Assembly: GCF_006345805.1 (NCBI RefSeq)
Contig: NC_043012.1
Location: 23,374,001 to 23,438,000 of the forward strand
Direction: 5' to 3'
From: Octopus sinensis
Lineage: Eukaryota
Length of the DNA stretch: 64,000 bases
Position numbers and translations under genes: made by a program. Of the stretch, positions 24,581 to 37,640 are shown one piece after another. A model generated the notes under the pieces. It searched no databases. It was not told where the DNA came from and saw only the letters and a program-made list of their open reading frames with translations. How positions within the stretch are numbered: position 1 is the first letter of the stretch; each line of letters begins with the position of its first letter.

Positions 24581-24624
24581 TTTCAGTACCGGTTTCGGTC
24601 ATTTTGAGACCTTTTCAACTGTAA
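24581..24624 (-). ncRNA. Decayed minimal hammerhead-like motif
   Basis: UUACAG-UUGAAAA-GGUC-UCAAAAU-GACC-GAA-ACC-GGU-A-CUGAAA; all three stems pair, core has C3U and G8A. Confidence 0.45.
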
Positions 24625-24694
24625 CGATTAAATAATTAAATTCAGAAAAATTAAAAAATATATATATACATTTATATATATATGTATATATATT

Positions 24695-24860
24695 TATGAT
24701 GGGCTTCTTTCAGTTTCCATCTACCAAACCCTCTTACAAGGCTTTATTTGACCTGGGGCTATAATAGAAGACACTTGCCTAAGGTACCATGAGGTGGGAC
24801 TGAACTTGAAACCAAGAGGTTGACAAGTAAATTTCTCAACTACACAATCACGCCAAAAAT
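24695..24860 (-). mobile_element. SINE family C head fragment
   Basis: gcttctttcagtttccatctacc...cacttgcctaagg...gggactgaac. Confidence 0.75.
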
Positions 24861-25464
24861 GCATAATACAAAATGAAGTAAATTGATTTTCCAGTTGAAT
24901 ATGCAAGGATTCAGAATACATCAAAGATTTAATTAGAATGGATTAAACAATATGTCTGAATATTTATCAAAATAAACTTCTTAGATAAAATAAATCAGGT
25001 TAAAGTGCAAAGAAAATGACTTGTTTGATTTATGATAAAATATAAAAAAATATTTGCTAAATTGATGATGATAATGACAATGATAGATTTATAAAACAGT
25101 ACCAATACATGGTACTAATTAGCTACACGATACCTTTTATGTCAAAAGTTTTACAAATAGTAGAATATTTCAATATTTTAGGTCACAGAATCTTGGATTG
25201 AAATTCTAATACATGACTTTACATTGTCTAACACTAACTTAAATATGAAATAGGCAGACCCTATGGAAAAGGGAGATCTTATGAAAGACGTAGATCCTAT
25301 GGAACAAGGAGAACCTATGATAAAGCATTTGGTATGAAGAATAGGCTGAATTAACAGTGAAGACAATGTAAAAATTCAAAATTTCTAATCCTCCTGAATG
25401 AAAGCAAAGAAAGAGAACGAGTTTATGGGTCTCTTGAAAGAATATATTTTATTGCAGCTAATCG

Positions 25465-25700
25465 TTTTATTGCCACCACAGAGTCCTGCGGTGAGGTGGC
25501 TTGAATGCCTCAATAACCCTGAGTAAGAGCCATGTCAGAGGAGTGCAAGCTCATGGTAGGATTTCTCATTCTGGACAGGTCAAAAGATTGAGGCCAGTAT
25601 AATATGGGTCACCACTTCCCTGAGGTAAAAATGGGTTTGCATAGGGCCAACATCCATACCTAGTAAAGAAAAGGAGAGTTACAGAAGCATTGCTGAAAAA
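25465..25700 (+). mobile_element. Possible decayed RTE-clade 5' UTR
   Basis: ggcttgaatgcctcaataaccctgag...aagctcatggtagg...ggacaggtcaaaag...gaggccag resembles RTE/Expander 5' UTRs as I remember them; not aligned. Confidence 0.35.
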
Positions 25701-27049
25701 TCAAGACCAATATGTCCTGGGAAAGGAAGGCCTTCTCTCAAAGAAATATATAATACGGTGCAGCAAAATCTGAAAGGAAGCTGCTAGACTAAAAAAGCTG
25801 GGATCCAACTAGAGAGGAGCAGAAAAGACAGCCCAGAATCAAAAACAGTGTAGAAAAGCTGTGAATTGTTTGTGGTCCCTTAAGGAGCATAGGGTTTAAG
25901 TAAGTAGGTAATTATAATATTGCCATGAATGGTGCTAAGGTTGTAGAATAGCTTCAGGGAGGCACTCCATTCCTGGGCTTATATTAATTGGTCTTGTAAA
26001 GATTGAAACAATAGCTGTCTCCAAATAAATAGCAGAAAAATGATAAATTAATATTTAGAATATAAAAGATAGATTTTTATAGAAGTCTTCAGAAATAAGC
26101 TTACAAAACACATATTAGATGCATACATGTTTAAAACTTATATAAACAGTTATTTAACTATATTTATATATTGTTTATGTGTCTTAATTTTATAAAATTC
26201 ATTCTTATAATTGTAAATGTTTTTTTTTATTTTTATAAATTTTAAATTTGGAAAAATATTTTTAGTTCAAATTGTAAATTCAAGGAAAATAGTAAGTTAC
26301 TTATGAAGCAGCCATGAGTTGCTAACGACATATATTAAATCATTAAGCCCTACAGCAATATCACAAAATATTACAAAAAATGTTATAGAAAGAAATTACT
26401 TTCTTCTTTGAGCACTTCAGATAATTGTGGAAATTTTGGAACAACTCACCAGCATTTTAACGAGAATTGAACCTGGGGTTATCATAATTTAGAGTCTTTT
26501 TTTATAAATGTGTGTGTGTGTGTGTATGCATGCACAAACACACACACACATGCAAACAATGTTTATAAACACAGAATTTTGTGTGGATGCATTTTAAATT
26601 CACTTTATAATATAATATACACTCCCTACTCTCTCTCTCTCTCTCACTGAATGTATATACCTACGATATATTTATTTATATATACACTCACACAAACATG
26701 TATGTATTTGCAAGAGTGTAGATATGTGTAGATACACACACACACACACATAAAGGCACTTGCACATATGTGTGAGCATGAGTCTTAGTGTGTGTGTAAT
26801 CATAAATACATATGCATGATAGCAATGGTTGTGTGGTTACAAATCACTTGAATCATAACATTCTGAGTTCAATCCCTTCATATGGCACTTAAGGGAAATG
26901 TCTTTTACTCTTTATCATATTGTTGGTTCAAATCATTTCTTGAAAGAAAAGTTAGACAGAAGATCTGTGGCAGTACATCAGACGGTTGTACCTGTTTAAA
27001 TTGATATAAACATAAACACAGGTGCATGTATACATACACATATGTCTGT

Positions 27050-27372
27050 TACCTCTTACTTGTTTCAGTCATTAGACTGTGGCCATGCTGGGGCACCATC
27101 CTGAAGAATTTTAGTTGAATGAATCAAGCCCAGTACTTATTTTTTGTTTTTTCTTTTAAACTGATACTTATTCTATTATTCATTTTTGCTAAACTTCTAA
27201 GTTATAGGACATAAACACACCAACATCGGTTGTCAAGTGGTGGTGGGGGACATAGACACAAACACACACACACACACACACATGACGGACTTTTTCCAGT
27301 TTCCATCTATCAAATCCACTCAGAAGTCTTTGGTCAGCCTGAAGCTATAGTAGAAAACACTTGCCCAATGTT
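27050..27372 (-). mobile_element. SINE family C, head truncated
   Basis: cttgtttcagtcattagactgtggccatgctggggcacc...gtttccatctatcaaatccactc. Confidence 0.8.
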
Positions 27373-27604
27373 TTCTTTGAAACATATGTTGGAAGTATAA
27401 AGAGTTGAATAACACCTGCGTTTAACTCCATTTATTTATTTATATATGTTACAGAAAAACATTTTACTAAACCCTGGAATTTCTACCTTTATAAGTAGGC
27501 TGTTACATCCTTGGAACTTATGTGAATTTTGCTACCCTAATAACTATTTTTTTCCATGTTATTTGTACACATTGAAAAAATACACATACAATATATGTAT
27601 ATAA

Positions 27605-27653
<49 letters not shown>

Positions 27654-27814
27654 TATATACATACACACACACACACACCACACAATATATATTATATATA
27701 TATATATAATACCAAGTGAAAGACAGCCGATGGAATATACGGGAATTTATTAATCACAATTGTTTCGACACATCTAGTATCATTCCATTCATTTTATTAT
27801 CAATTATAGATATA

Positions 27815-27896
27815 TATATACATATATATATAATAGATACATATATTATATATATATACATATATATATATATATACATATATATATACATATATT

Positions 27897-27961
<65 letters not shown>

Positions 27962-27991
27962 TATCTATATATATATTACTATATTATATTA

Positions 27992-28059
<68 letters not shown>

Positions 28060-28228
28060 CATTATATATATATACATTATATAATATATACATATATATA
28101 TATACATATATACTATATATATATATAATATATATATATACATATATATACATATATATATATATATAATATATATACATATATATACATATATTATATA
28201 CATAACATACATATATATATTATATATA
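27815..28228. repeat. Long compound (TA)/(TACA) array, left flank of the CR1 copy
   Basis: Directly visible. Confidence 0.95.
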
Positions 28229-31115
28229 GGTGATGCAGAAATACACATGCCGTAATATGCAGTCATACGCACAGATAGAAAAAGGAGGAGCCATGGTGGA
28301 GTTGCAATGTACATCCGAGATGACCTCACGCCCCAGGTCCTGCTGTCATATTCAAACTCAGTATGTGAAACTAAAATTGTACACATAAGACAACTGAATA
28401 TCGTCATATGCACTACATATCCCCACCAGACGCCCCAAAACACTCAGGCATGTTTGAAGATGCCTAACAAAAATAGGAGAAGCCTCACCAACCTTGAACA
28501 GCACAACAGTGTATCTTCATGGGTGACTTTAACCTCCCCAATGTGGAATGGCCTGGGGGGCAGATGCTCCCAGGGATGACACACCATCAGCAGGCACAGG
28601 TGGAGTCCCTGCTCCATCTCACAAATACCTCTTTCATGGAGCAAATAGTTCTGCAACCAACAAGGGCAGATAATATTATGGATCTCTGCTTTACAACAAT
28701 ATGGATATATCATAATGTTAATGTGATGCCGACTGATCTCGGATCACAACATATAGAGCTGTCTATGTATGGAACAAAAGCCCCCGCAGAAACACAGCCT
28801 ATACGAAGCACCCACCATCTCCCAACTTAAACTTTCATAAAGCCAACTGGAAGTCGATTGAGAAAAGAGATCTCAAACAGGATTGGCCTGAATGTCTCTC
28901 CACACCGGACATAAACATGAAACACAAAACACTTCATGTCCATAATACAAGCCATATGTGACAAATATGTCCCAATGTGCAGGGCCAGTACACACAAGAA
29001 CAAAAAACAGGATCCCTAGAGAAAGGAGGATCTTATGAGACGACGGACAAGGATTGCAAACCGCCTGAGCAAGCACACCAAAAGTGGTGAGAAGTTCGGC
29101 TCGAAAGAATGCTAATGGAAACTGAGAAAAGTCTACATCAGTCCCATGAAAAGGAGAGAGCACTAAAGAAGCTGGGTAATAGAAAATATAAAATCAAACC
29201 CTAAAGCTTCTTTAAGTGCCAAAGAGACAGCCACAGTGCACAGAGAATAGGACCTCTCTTCCAAAAAGATGGCTCTCTCACAGGAAATCCCACGAGGATA
29301 AGTGAAATACTGAATGAACAGTTCCAAAGTGGGTTCACTACACCTCTAGGACACAGGCAAGTAAACAACCCAGAAGAATTCTTTGCCACTTTACCAGCGA
29401 CCAAAGAGACAAAAATTGAGTACATCAACATCGAAGAAGATGATTATCACACTAGCCATGATGAGATTGACACAAACTCAGCTGCTGGAACTGATGGATT
29501 CACAGCGATCCTTCTCAATCGTGCAAACGAGCCCTTGCAAAACCGCTACAGCTTCTTTTTCAGAGCTTTCTTGCAAGTGGTAAGCTCCAGTCAAACTGAA
29601 AGAGGGGGTAAATGCCTATCCATAAGGGAGGTAGCAGAGCAGATGCTAAAAATTATAGGCTATCTCTCTGACCTCACACATCAGCAAAGTCATGGAACGA
29701 ATAGTCCGTAAGAAACTAATCATGTTCCTTGAAGAAAATGACTTACTGTCTGACACCCAGCTGGATTTCGACCAGGTAGAGGCTGCTAACACAGCTCCTG
29801 CAACACTATGACTGGGTGTTGAAACAGCTACTAAATGGCTAAATGTGGATGTAATATATCTTGACTTTGCAAAAGCTTTGATAAAGTCGACCATGGTATG
29901 ATCTGTCACAAACTGCGTGGGCTCGGCATAGGCGGGAAACTTGGAGAGTGGCTGCACAATTCCTAAAAGACAGAAAACAGGCAGTTGTGAGCAATGGAGC
30001 CACCTCCAGGGAAACGCAAATAACAAGCGATGTCCCACAGGGCACTGGTCTGGGGCCACTGATGTTCATAGTGGCCCTTTCAGACATGCCTTCAGTTGCT
30101 ACGATGACCACCCTTGCTAGCTATGCAGATGACACAAAAGTCTCCCACGCAATACAAAACCCTGAAAATATTGCGCATCTGCAACATGAGCTGGACACAA
30201 TATACAGGTGGGCTGAGGACAACAACATGCAGTTAATGCAGGTAAGTTCCAGGCCCTGCGCTACTGGCACACAAAGGTAAATGACTGAAGACTGGATACA
30301 CTGGCCCAGGAAGAATTGCAATCCCTGAGTAAAATCAGTGCGTGACCTGGGCATTGACATGAGCAATGATGCATCTTTCCAAATGCATATTGCTAATCTG
30401 GTGATAAAATGCAGACGGCTAGCTGGATGGATTCTCCGAACTTTCAGAACAAGAGAGAAGGAGACACTGATGGTCTATGGAAAAATTTGTCCTCAGCCGC
30501 TTGGACTACTGCTCCCAACTTTGGTCACCACACAATATAAAAAAAACAGCAGAACTCGAAGCACTCAGAGAAGCTACACAAAGAAAATCGTCTCAATGCA
30601 AAATGTCAGCTACTGGGAAAGAGACTGAAGGTATTAAAAACCTCTTCTCCCTGGAGCGGAGCGGGCGAGGAGAGATATGCAGTGATATACATCTGGAAAA
30701 TCCTGGAGGGTCTTGTCCCAAACTTTGGCATTCAAAGTTACTCCAACCGCAGAACGGGGCGCCGCTGCGTGGTGCCAAGGATTCCAACATCACCATCAAA
30801 ATACAGGTCCAGATACTGCAACAGCTTGGGTTTCAGAGGACCACAGCTCTTTAACATCCTCCCTAAATGCATGAGAGACTTACATGGTGTGGATGGTGTG
30901 GTTTCTTTAAAACTAAACTGGATCTATTCTTGTTGGGAGTCCCAGATGAACCTACCTCACGACAGGAGACACGGATGCGGGCAGCAGCATCGAACTCCCT
31001 TGTTGATCAAGTGCCACGTATCAGAGGTGGATTCACAAACTAGTGTAGCTCTCAGCGGTGGTGCCCCAGCATGGCCGCGGCCTTCGGGCTAAAACATTTT
31101 TAAGGATTTAAGGAT
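28229..31115 (+). mobile_element. CR1-clade LINE (CR1-A), 5'-truncated inside the APE domain, ORF2 broken by stops and frameshifts
   Basis: APE motifs HGGVAMYIR, GDFNLPNVEW, PTRADNIMDLCF; RT motifs SLTSHISKVMERIV, VDVIYLDFAK, VPQGTGLGPLMF, YADDTK; C-terminal NSLGFRGPQLFNILP; stem-loop 3' end with (taaggatt) repeats. Confidence 0.93.
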
Positions 31116-31127
31116 TTATATATAACA

Positions 31128-31160
<33 letters not shown>

Positions 31161-31305
31161 TACATATATATATATATTATACCATATATATAATATATCA
31201 TTTATATATATATTATATACATATAACTATATATATACATATACTATATATATAATATATATATATTATATACATACATATACATATATATATATATATA
31301 CATAC

Positions 31306-31351
<46 letters not shown>

Positions 31352-31360
31352 ATATTATAC

Positions 31361-31416
<56 letters not shown>

Positions 31417-31467
31417 ACATATATATATATATATATATATATACATATTATATATATATATATATAT

Positions 31468-31513
<46 letters not shown>

Positions 31514-31545
31514 TATATGTATATATATATATATAATACACACAG
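31116..31545. repeat. Long compound (TA) array, right flank of the CR1 copy
   Basis: Directly visible. Confidence 0.95.
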
Positions 31546-32734
31546 GTAAATACATATTGACATACATACAAACACCCTCTCTCTTTCCTTCTCACACACA
31601 CAATTATCTTTGTGAATAAATATTTTCAAAACCTCATAATGTAATTCTGGATGTAGCTTCTTCAGACAAAGAAACATTTTTGGCAAAAGTTGTGTGGTTT
31701 TGCTTTTAATTTATTAATTCCTTTATTTATTTATTAAAAAAAAACCAACTTTTTCCAGTGATTGCTGTTGTTAATATTACAGTTGCTAATTCCATTTTTA
31801 ACAATTTTAGTTCTAAAATATCCAGTTGTATTTTATCGATACTTTTGCAATCTGAATACTAAAATTTTTCCGCAACTGCATATTCATGACGTTGTTTGAA
31901 GCAAGAAAGCCAATGGTGCTACAGAGCTGACAAAAAGGCCTCTAAACCAACAGAAAATATTGAGAATGATGTGAAGACTTTCATGAAGTAAACAACGTGA
32001 TCGACAACAATTTCTAAAAATGGTTGAAGATAATACTTCTGGACTATTTAAAAAAAAAAAAGAAATGCACCACTACTCAAGAGAAATGCTGTGGTTTTTT
32101 TGGATAAAATGTTACTAAATAAATTTTTAAAAAGCAACAAATATATACACAGGCAGTCCTTGAGAGCCATCTCTTTAACCATTCTGTGTATGTAAAGTGA
32201 AATAGCAGTTTTGTCGTGTGTAGAGGCAGATCTTGGAATCTGTTTCGCTTTTATATTCCCTGGACTTTTGAAAAATCAAGGATGAAGCAAAGTGAATGGA
32301 GAAGAGTTGAGATAACACCAAGTTATTTACTTTCATCAAACATACAAGCCTCTCTTTCCCTTCGTTTATCTATACAGTTCACCATCAGCATCATCGCCAT
32401 TATTTTATTTCCATGTTCCATACTGGCACGAAACAAAGCATGGATGGTTCAACAGGAACAGACTAAGCTATGGGCTGTGTTGGTCTCCAGTGTCTGATGC
32501 GGCAAAGTATCCATGACTGGATGTATTTCCTAATACCAACCATTTTACAGAGAGTACTGGGTGCTTTTTTCATGGCACCAGCATTGTGGGGTTACCATGT
32601 AAGAAGAGTCACCTTTTATTATTAATATCAATGTACCTGCTTTTGTCAATGACAAAGCATTCATCATTTTTAGGCACCTGATTGCTTGAAGGATGATCCC
32701 AAAGAATCTCTGAGTAGGGTTATTTTATACAAAA

Positions 32735-33120
32735 TGAGAAGCAAGCCTGGCTGTATGGTTAATAAGCTTGCTTTGCAATCATCTGATTTCAGGTTCAATC
32801 CCACTGAGCAGCACCTTGGAAAAATGTCTTCTACTATAAATAACTCCAAGAAAACCAATACCTTGTGGATGAATTTGGTAGATGGAAACTGTGTGGAAGC
32901 CTGTCATATGTGTTTGTCCCCCTACCACAGCTTGACAACTGGTGTTAGTTTGTTTACACCCCTGTAACTTAGCAGTTTGGCAAAAAGAAAATAATAGAAT
33001 AAGTATAAAACTTTTTTTTAAATAACAAAAAAACAAAACAAACACCAGTGCCGATATGTTTGACTAAAACTTTTAAGGCACTGCTCCAGTATGACTGCAG
33101 TCCTATAACAGAAACAAGTA
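32735..33120 (+). mobile_element. Diverged SINE family C
   Basis: ggctgtatggttaataagc...ggttcaatcccactg...gatggaaactgtgtggaagcc...gcactgctccagtatgactgcagtc. Confidence 0.8.
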
Positions 33121-33199
33121 AACCCCTGGACATTACTGACACTATGAGTCCTAGAACTCAGTGCCAACTATCCAGTTTCCAAAATCACAACATTTCCCT

Positions 33200-33360
33200 A
33201 AAAAGCGATGCAAACTCTCGGCAGGGGTCGCACTTGTCTACAACTGAGAGAACTTGAGCAGCATGATATGAAGTGCTTTGCTCAAGAACAAAGTGCACCA
33301 CATAATCCTGGAATTGAAACCACAGTTTTGTGATCATGAGTGCAACAGCCTTCTGACATG
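33200..33360 (-). mobile_element. tRNA-type SINE head fragment
   Basis: cttgctcaagaacaaagtgcaccacataatcctggaattgaaacc is the reverse of a B-box plus cttgagcaa motif. Confidence 0.5.
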
Positions 33361-34394
33361 CATTATAAAAAAATATGCAGTAGAAATACTTAATAAACTT
33401 AAAGTAACCCAAGACAAATACTACTAGCACAGAACTAACTTAGTAGTTGGCAATTTTCTTCCTGGCATTCATAGGATTTCTGTGTATTATTTCACTATGG
33501 AATTCTGAAATTTAGCCAATTTTTTTTTTCTCTAATACAAGCTGAATCTAGTTTGATAACAGCTAAATAACTCAAAAACATTTCAAAAGACACTACACTA
33601 TTCATGTAGACTGTTTGTCTGCGTAATATGTTCATACAAGCAAAAATGGCCAATACAAACAATTTATTCCTTTTCATTTTTAAATGGGAAATGCACCAGC
33701 AGATGATTCTTGTAATATAGAAATTGCATGATTCTTTTTTTCTTATTGTTGCTTATAATCATTAATTTAATTTCTATTGTATTGCAATGAAAAGGAAATA
33801 ATTTTCATCTTATTAAAACTGTTTAGGTAAAGTGTGATTAAGATATAGTTTTAAGAGAGAACAGGCAGTGAATATTTCATATTTATTTTTAATTTCTTAA
33901 CCCTAAAACTTTTCATTATTTTGATGAAGGATCGAACAATATTTTTTGTCTTTTCCTTCACCCACTCCTTCACTCTCTCTCTCTGTTGCCCCCCCCCCAC
34001 CTCTCAGTCTGGCTGAGACTGAGATATTTACATATTTCTGGTTGGAGCAGTAATATTATAATTAAATATTCTTCTTTGTCCAAACAACATATTGTGAATG
34101 ACAGCGAAGCTCATCACACAAAGGCAAATTAAATACACCGAAATACACAGAAAATTCTCTGGGTTTAGGTGAACACTTTGCACAATAGTACTGAAAACTC
34201 TCAACAGAGTTTCACAATACAACCTAAGGAAACAACAGAATTATATTAAAAAACAAACAAACAAGAGAGAAATGCATCTTTAAATTTTAAGTTATCTGCC
34301 ACCATTGATAATATTTTAAGGGGTCATGTCTTTTCTTTGATATGGATTTTGAAAGATAAATAACGGCTAATTATTATCATGAGAAATGGTTCAT

Positions 34395-34600
34395 CATCAT
34401 CATCATCATCATCATTTACCATGTTTACCAGTCTGAAAGGTTTGACAGGTTCTGATGAGCCACAGAGTGATTGCTGAGCTCCAGTGTCAGCGTTGGCCTG
34501 GTTTCTATAGCTGGATGCTCTTTTCTAACATCAGCCACTTTACAGAGTACTGGGTGCTTGTTTTCATTCCACCTGCACTCGTGACATTGCCAAGTAATTT
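34395..34600 (-). mobile_element. Diverged RTE-type tail repeat
   Basis: (CAT)n then ctatagctggatgctcttttctaac. Confidence 0.6.
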
Positions 34601-34885
34601 GCAAGACGGGGGAAAAAATAACATGGAAAAAGGAAAACAAATTCTGCCATTAAGTAAGGGGAGTATTCGAGGATGAGGGTGGGAGGTGGCTTATTGTAAA
34701 GAGTTGGAAGTTGAAGTCTGACAGAACGAACAGACATAAGAGTCTTGCTGTAGAGTGGATACAGGATTATCACACATTATGTAGAGAGGAGTGGGAGTAG
34801 GGGTTTGTGAGCAAACTCCCAAGGTACAGGGAAGTGAGTATAAGAAAGGAAGTGAAGATGAGCAGAGAGGTGAGCATATCTCCTT

Positions 34886-35100
34886 TACTCTCTTTTATTT
34901 GTTTCAGTCATTTGACTGTGGCCATGCTGGAGCACCGCCTTTAATCGAGCAACTCGACCCCGGGACTTATTCTTTTGTAAGCCCAGTACTTATTCTATCG
35001 GTCTCTTTTGCCGAACCGCTAAGTAACAGGGACATAGACACACCAGCATTGGTTGTCAAGCAATGCTAGGGGGACAAACACAGACACACAAACACACACT

Positions 35101-35150
<50 letters not shown>

Positions 35151-35325
35151 TATATACACATATCTACGACAGGCTTCTTTCAGTTTCCGTCTGCCAAATC
35201 CACTCACAAGGCTTTGGTCGGCCCAAGGCTATAGTAGAAGACACTTGCCCAAGGTGCCACGCAGTGGGACTGAACCTGGAACCATATGGTTGGTAAACAA
35301 GCTACTTACCACACAGCCACTCCTG
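34886..35325 (-). mobile_element. SINE family C, full length, low divergence
   Basis: Colinear reverse complement of 4261-4654. Confidence 0.92.
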
Positions 35326-36504
35326 TGAGGTTTAGTTATTAAATTTAATCTAAGAATCAAAAAAGAAAGAAAAAAAGGTTATAAGCTTTTCATCTTATTA
35401 AAACTGTTTAGGTAAAGTGTGATTAAGATATACTTTTAAGAGAGAACAGGCAGTGAATATTTCATATTCATAAGGAATTACAAATAAATATGCTAAATAA
35501 CTCAAAAACATTTCAAATGATATTTTTTTTTCTATTTTAGCTAAAAAACATTTTATGTCATTTAGTTTATAACATCCTATAATGAATATGAGAGGACATA
35601 TAATGCAGTTGTGTCGCCACAAACTGAAAGAGCTCCTAAAACTGGTGCTTATTTCCAGATTTGAAACCTGAAACAGAGGAATGAAGAATTTCACTAATTC
35701 CTAGAAGATCTAATATGTATTTCTTTAGCCATGTCAACCGAAGCATGAGTCCTGTCCTAATACATAGACTACAGAAGTGTGAAATTATGATTCAAGAGCT
35801 CGTAATCAGACAACTTATTCACTTAGCTATTTTGTCTCTACATAATGTAGCTAATTAAAGATGAAGTAAACGAAAGTTTGTAATTAACAGAACTGAAGGT
35901 TTTAAGCTCTTTGAAAGTTCTGCTGCATGTGAAATTTTCAGTCAACAAATTGCTTTGGATTATTTGATATGGATAAACCTAACAGACCAAGTAAAGTTGA
36001 CAAGTCAACTCCATTATTTTAACTGAGGAATGACACACGTGTTTTCTCTTTTATAAGGAAGTGTAAAATGTGTTTAAACAGCCCAGTGAATGTGAAAAAT
36101 ACTTTTGATGGTTAAAGAATGGCCAGTCTTTACATTTGTTAGTATTTTGCCATCTTTTTTTCTGTGATAAGAGAGTGACAGTTCTCAAGAACATTATGTT
36201 CTATTTTGAAATTTATTAACTCAAAGAATAAATTTTATATTTAGTTGCTTTAACTCTTTAATTCTCATGAAATATACTGTCCTTATGTTTTAAATGAGTT
36301 TATAAAACAATGCAAACTTTGGGAGGATTTAATAAGATAATTAACATTTGTTTTATAATTAAGCTAATAACATTTGTAACTATGAAATTTCAATGGTATG
36401 ATTGCTTGCTTATTTTTAGAAAATTGCAGGGTAAGGGTAGGTGCAAATGCTTGAATCTGGCCACTGTGAATATAACACAAGTAGAGTATTTAGTTCAGAT
36501 GTGG

Positions 36505-37095
36505 CCAGTTTAGTAAAAGCATGTTGCCTAGCGGTTAGAGTGTTGCCCTCACAGCCACTTGATCATAGTTTCAATTCCCAGACTGGTCAGCATGTGTTCT
36601 TGAGCAAAACACTTCATTTCACATTTCTCTAATGGGTTGGAGAGTGCCAGAATCATTGTTGCATCAGCAGATATGCTTTATGATATATCTTCCAGCTCTC
36701 CACATTCTGAGTTCAAATCCTACTTGCCTGGAGAAGGCAACAGGAAACCACCCCAGTATTCACCCCAAGTGAACATGCATGGCTTAGTGGCTTGGGTATT
36801 CAGCGAAGAATCACAAGACCATGATTTCAATTCCCAGAGGTGTGGTGTGTTCTTGAGCAAAACACCTTATATCTCATTGCTCCAGTCCACTCAGTTGCCA
36901 AAAATGAGTGGTACTTGTAATACGCTGGGCCTACCTTGTCACACTTTGTGTCACGTTGAATCTATTTCAGAACTACATTAAGGGTATGCATGTCTGTGGA
37001 GTTCTCAGCTTAACTTGCATGTTAATTTCATGAGCAGGTTGTTCCACTGATCAATTCAACTGGAACCCTCGTCATCGTAGTTGATGGAATGCCAG
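36505..37095 (+). mobile_element. SINE family 4 (head fragment 36505-36630; longer copy 36778-37095) with a family M head piece between
   Basis: Both carry tttcaattcccaga...gtgttcttgagcaaaacac after an A-box-like motif. Confidence 0.55.
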
Positions 37096-37394
37096 GCTAT
37101 TCGTCCCAAGTCAAGTCATGGACGTATATGTCATTTCGGTAGTCTACTTAACAGTAGCAGGGGAGGGTATGGGTCCTTCCAGGTTGTACAGAGTGTGCTA
37201 GAGAAAGTTAACATGCACAGGACCTGCTCAAGGGCCGACCACTGTTAGAACTTTCATTCAGTTCAAAATTCCAAATAATCTCTCATTTTTTCATTACAAA
37301 AGTCAGACGGCCATTACCCTACTTCTTGCTTTAGTTGAATAAAACTCATTTTCAATAAAGAATAAATATACATATAAAAAAAAAACATGATGGT

Positions 37395-37483
37395 ATTAAT
37401 AATGTAACAAGTAGTAGAGGTTGTAATGGTGGTGGTGGTGGTCGTAGTAGTAGTAAATGCAGCAACAGTGATGGTGCTAGCAA

Positions 37484-37514
<31 letters not shown>

Positions 37515-37640
37515 GATGGAGCTGGCAACAGTAGTGTTTGCAGTTGCGGTGATGCTGATAGTTGTAGTAGCAGCAGTAGTAGTGGTGGTGGTGGTGAGCA
37601 GTAGTGGTGGGTTGTCAGTAGTGGTAACGTTAGTGGCAAA
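37395..37640. repeat. Mixed (GTA/GTG/GCA)n trinucleotide low-complexity tract
   Basis: Directly visible. Confidence 0.9.
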
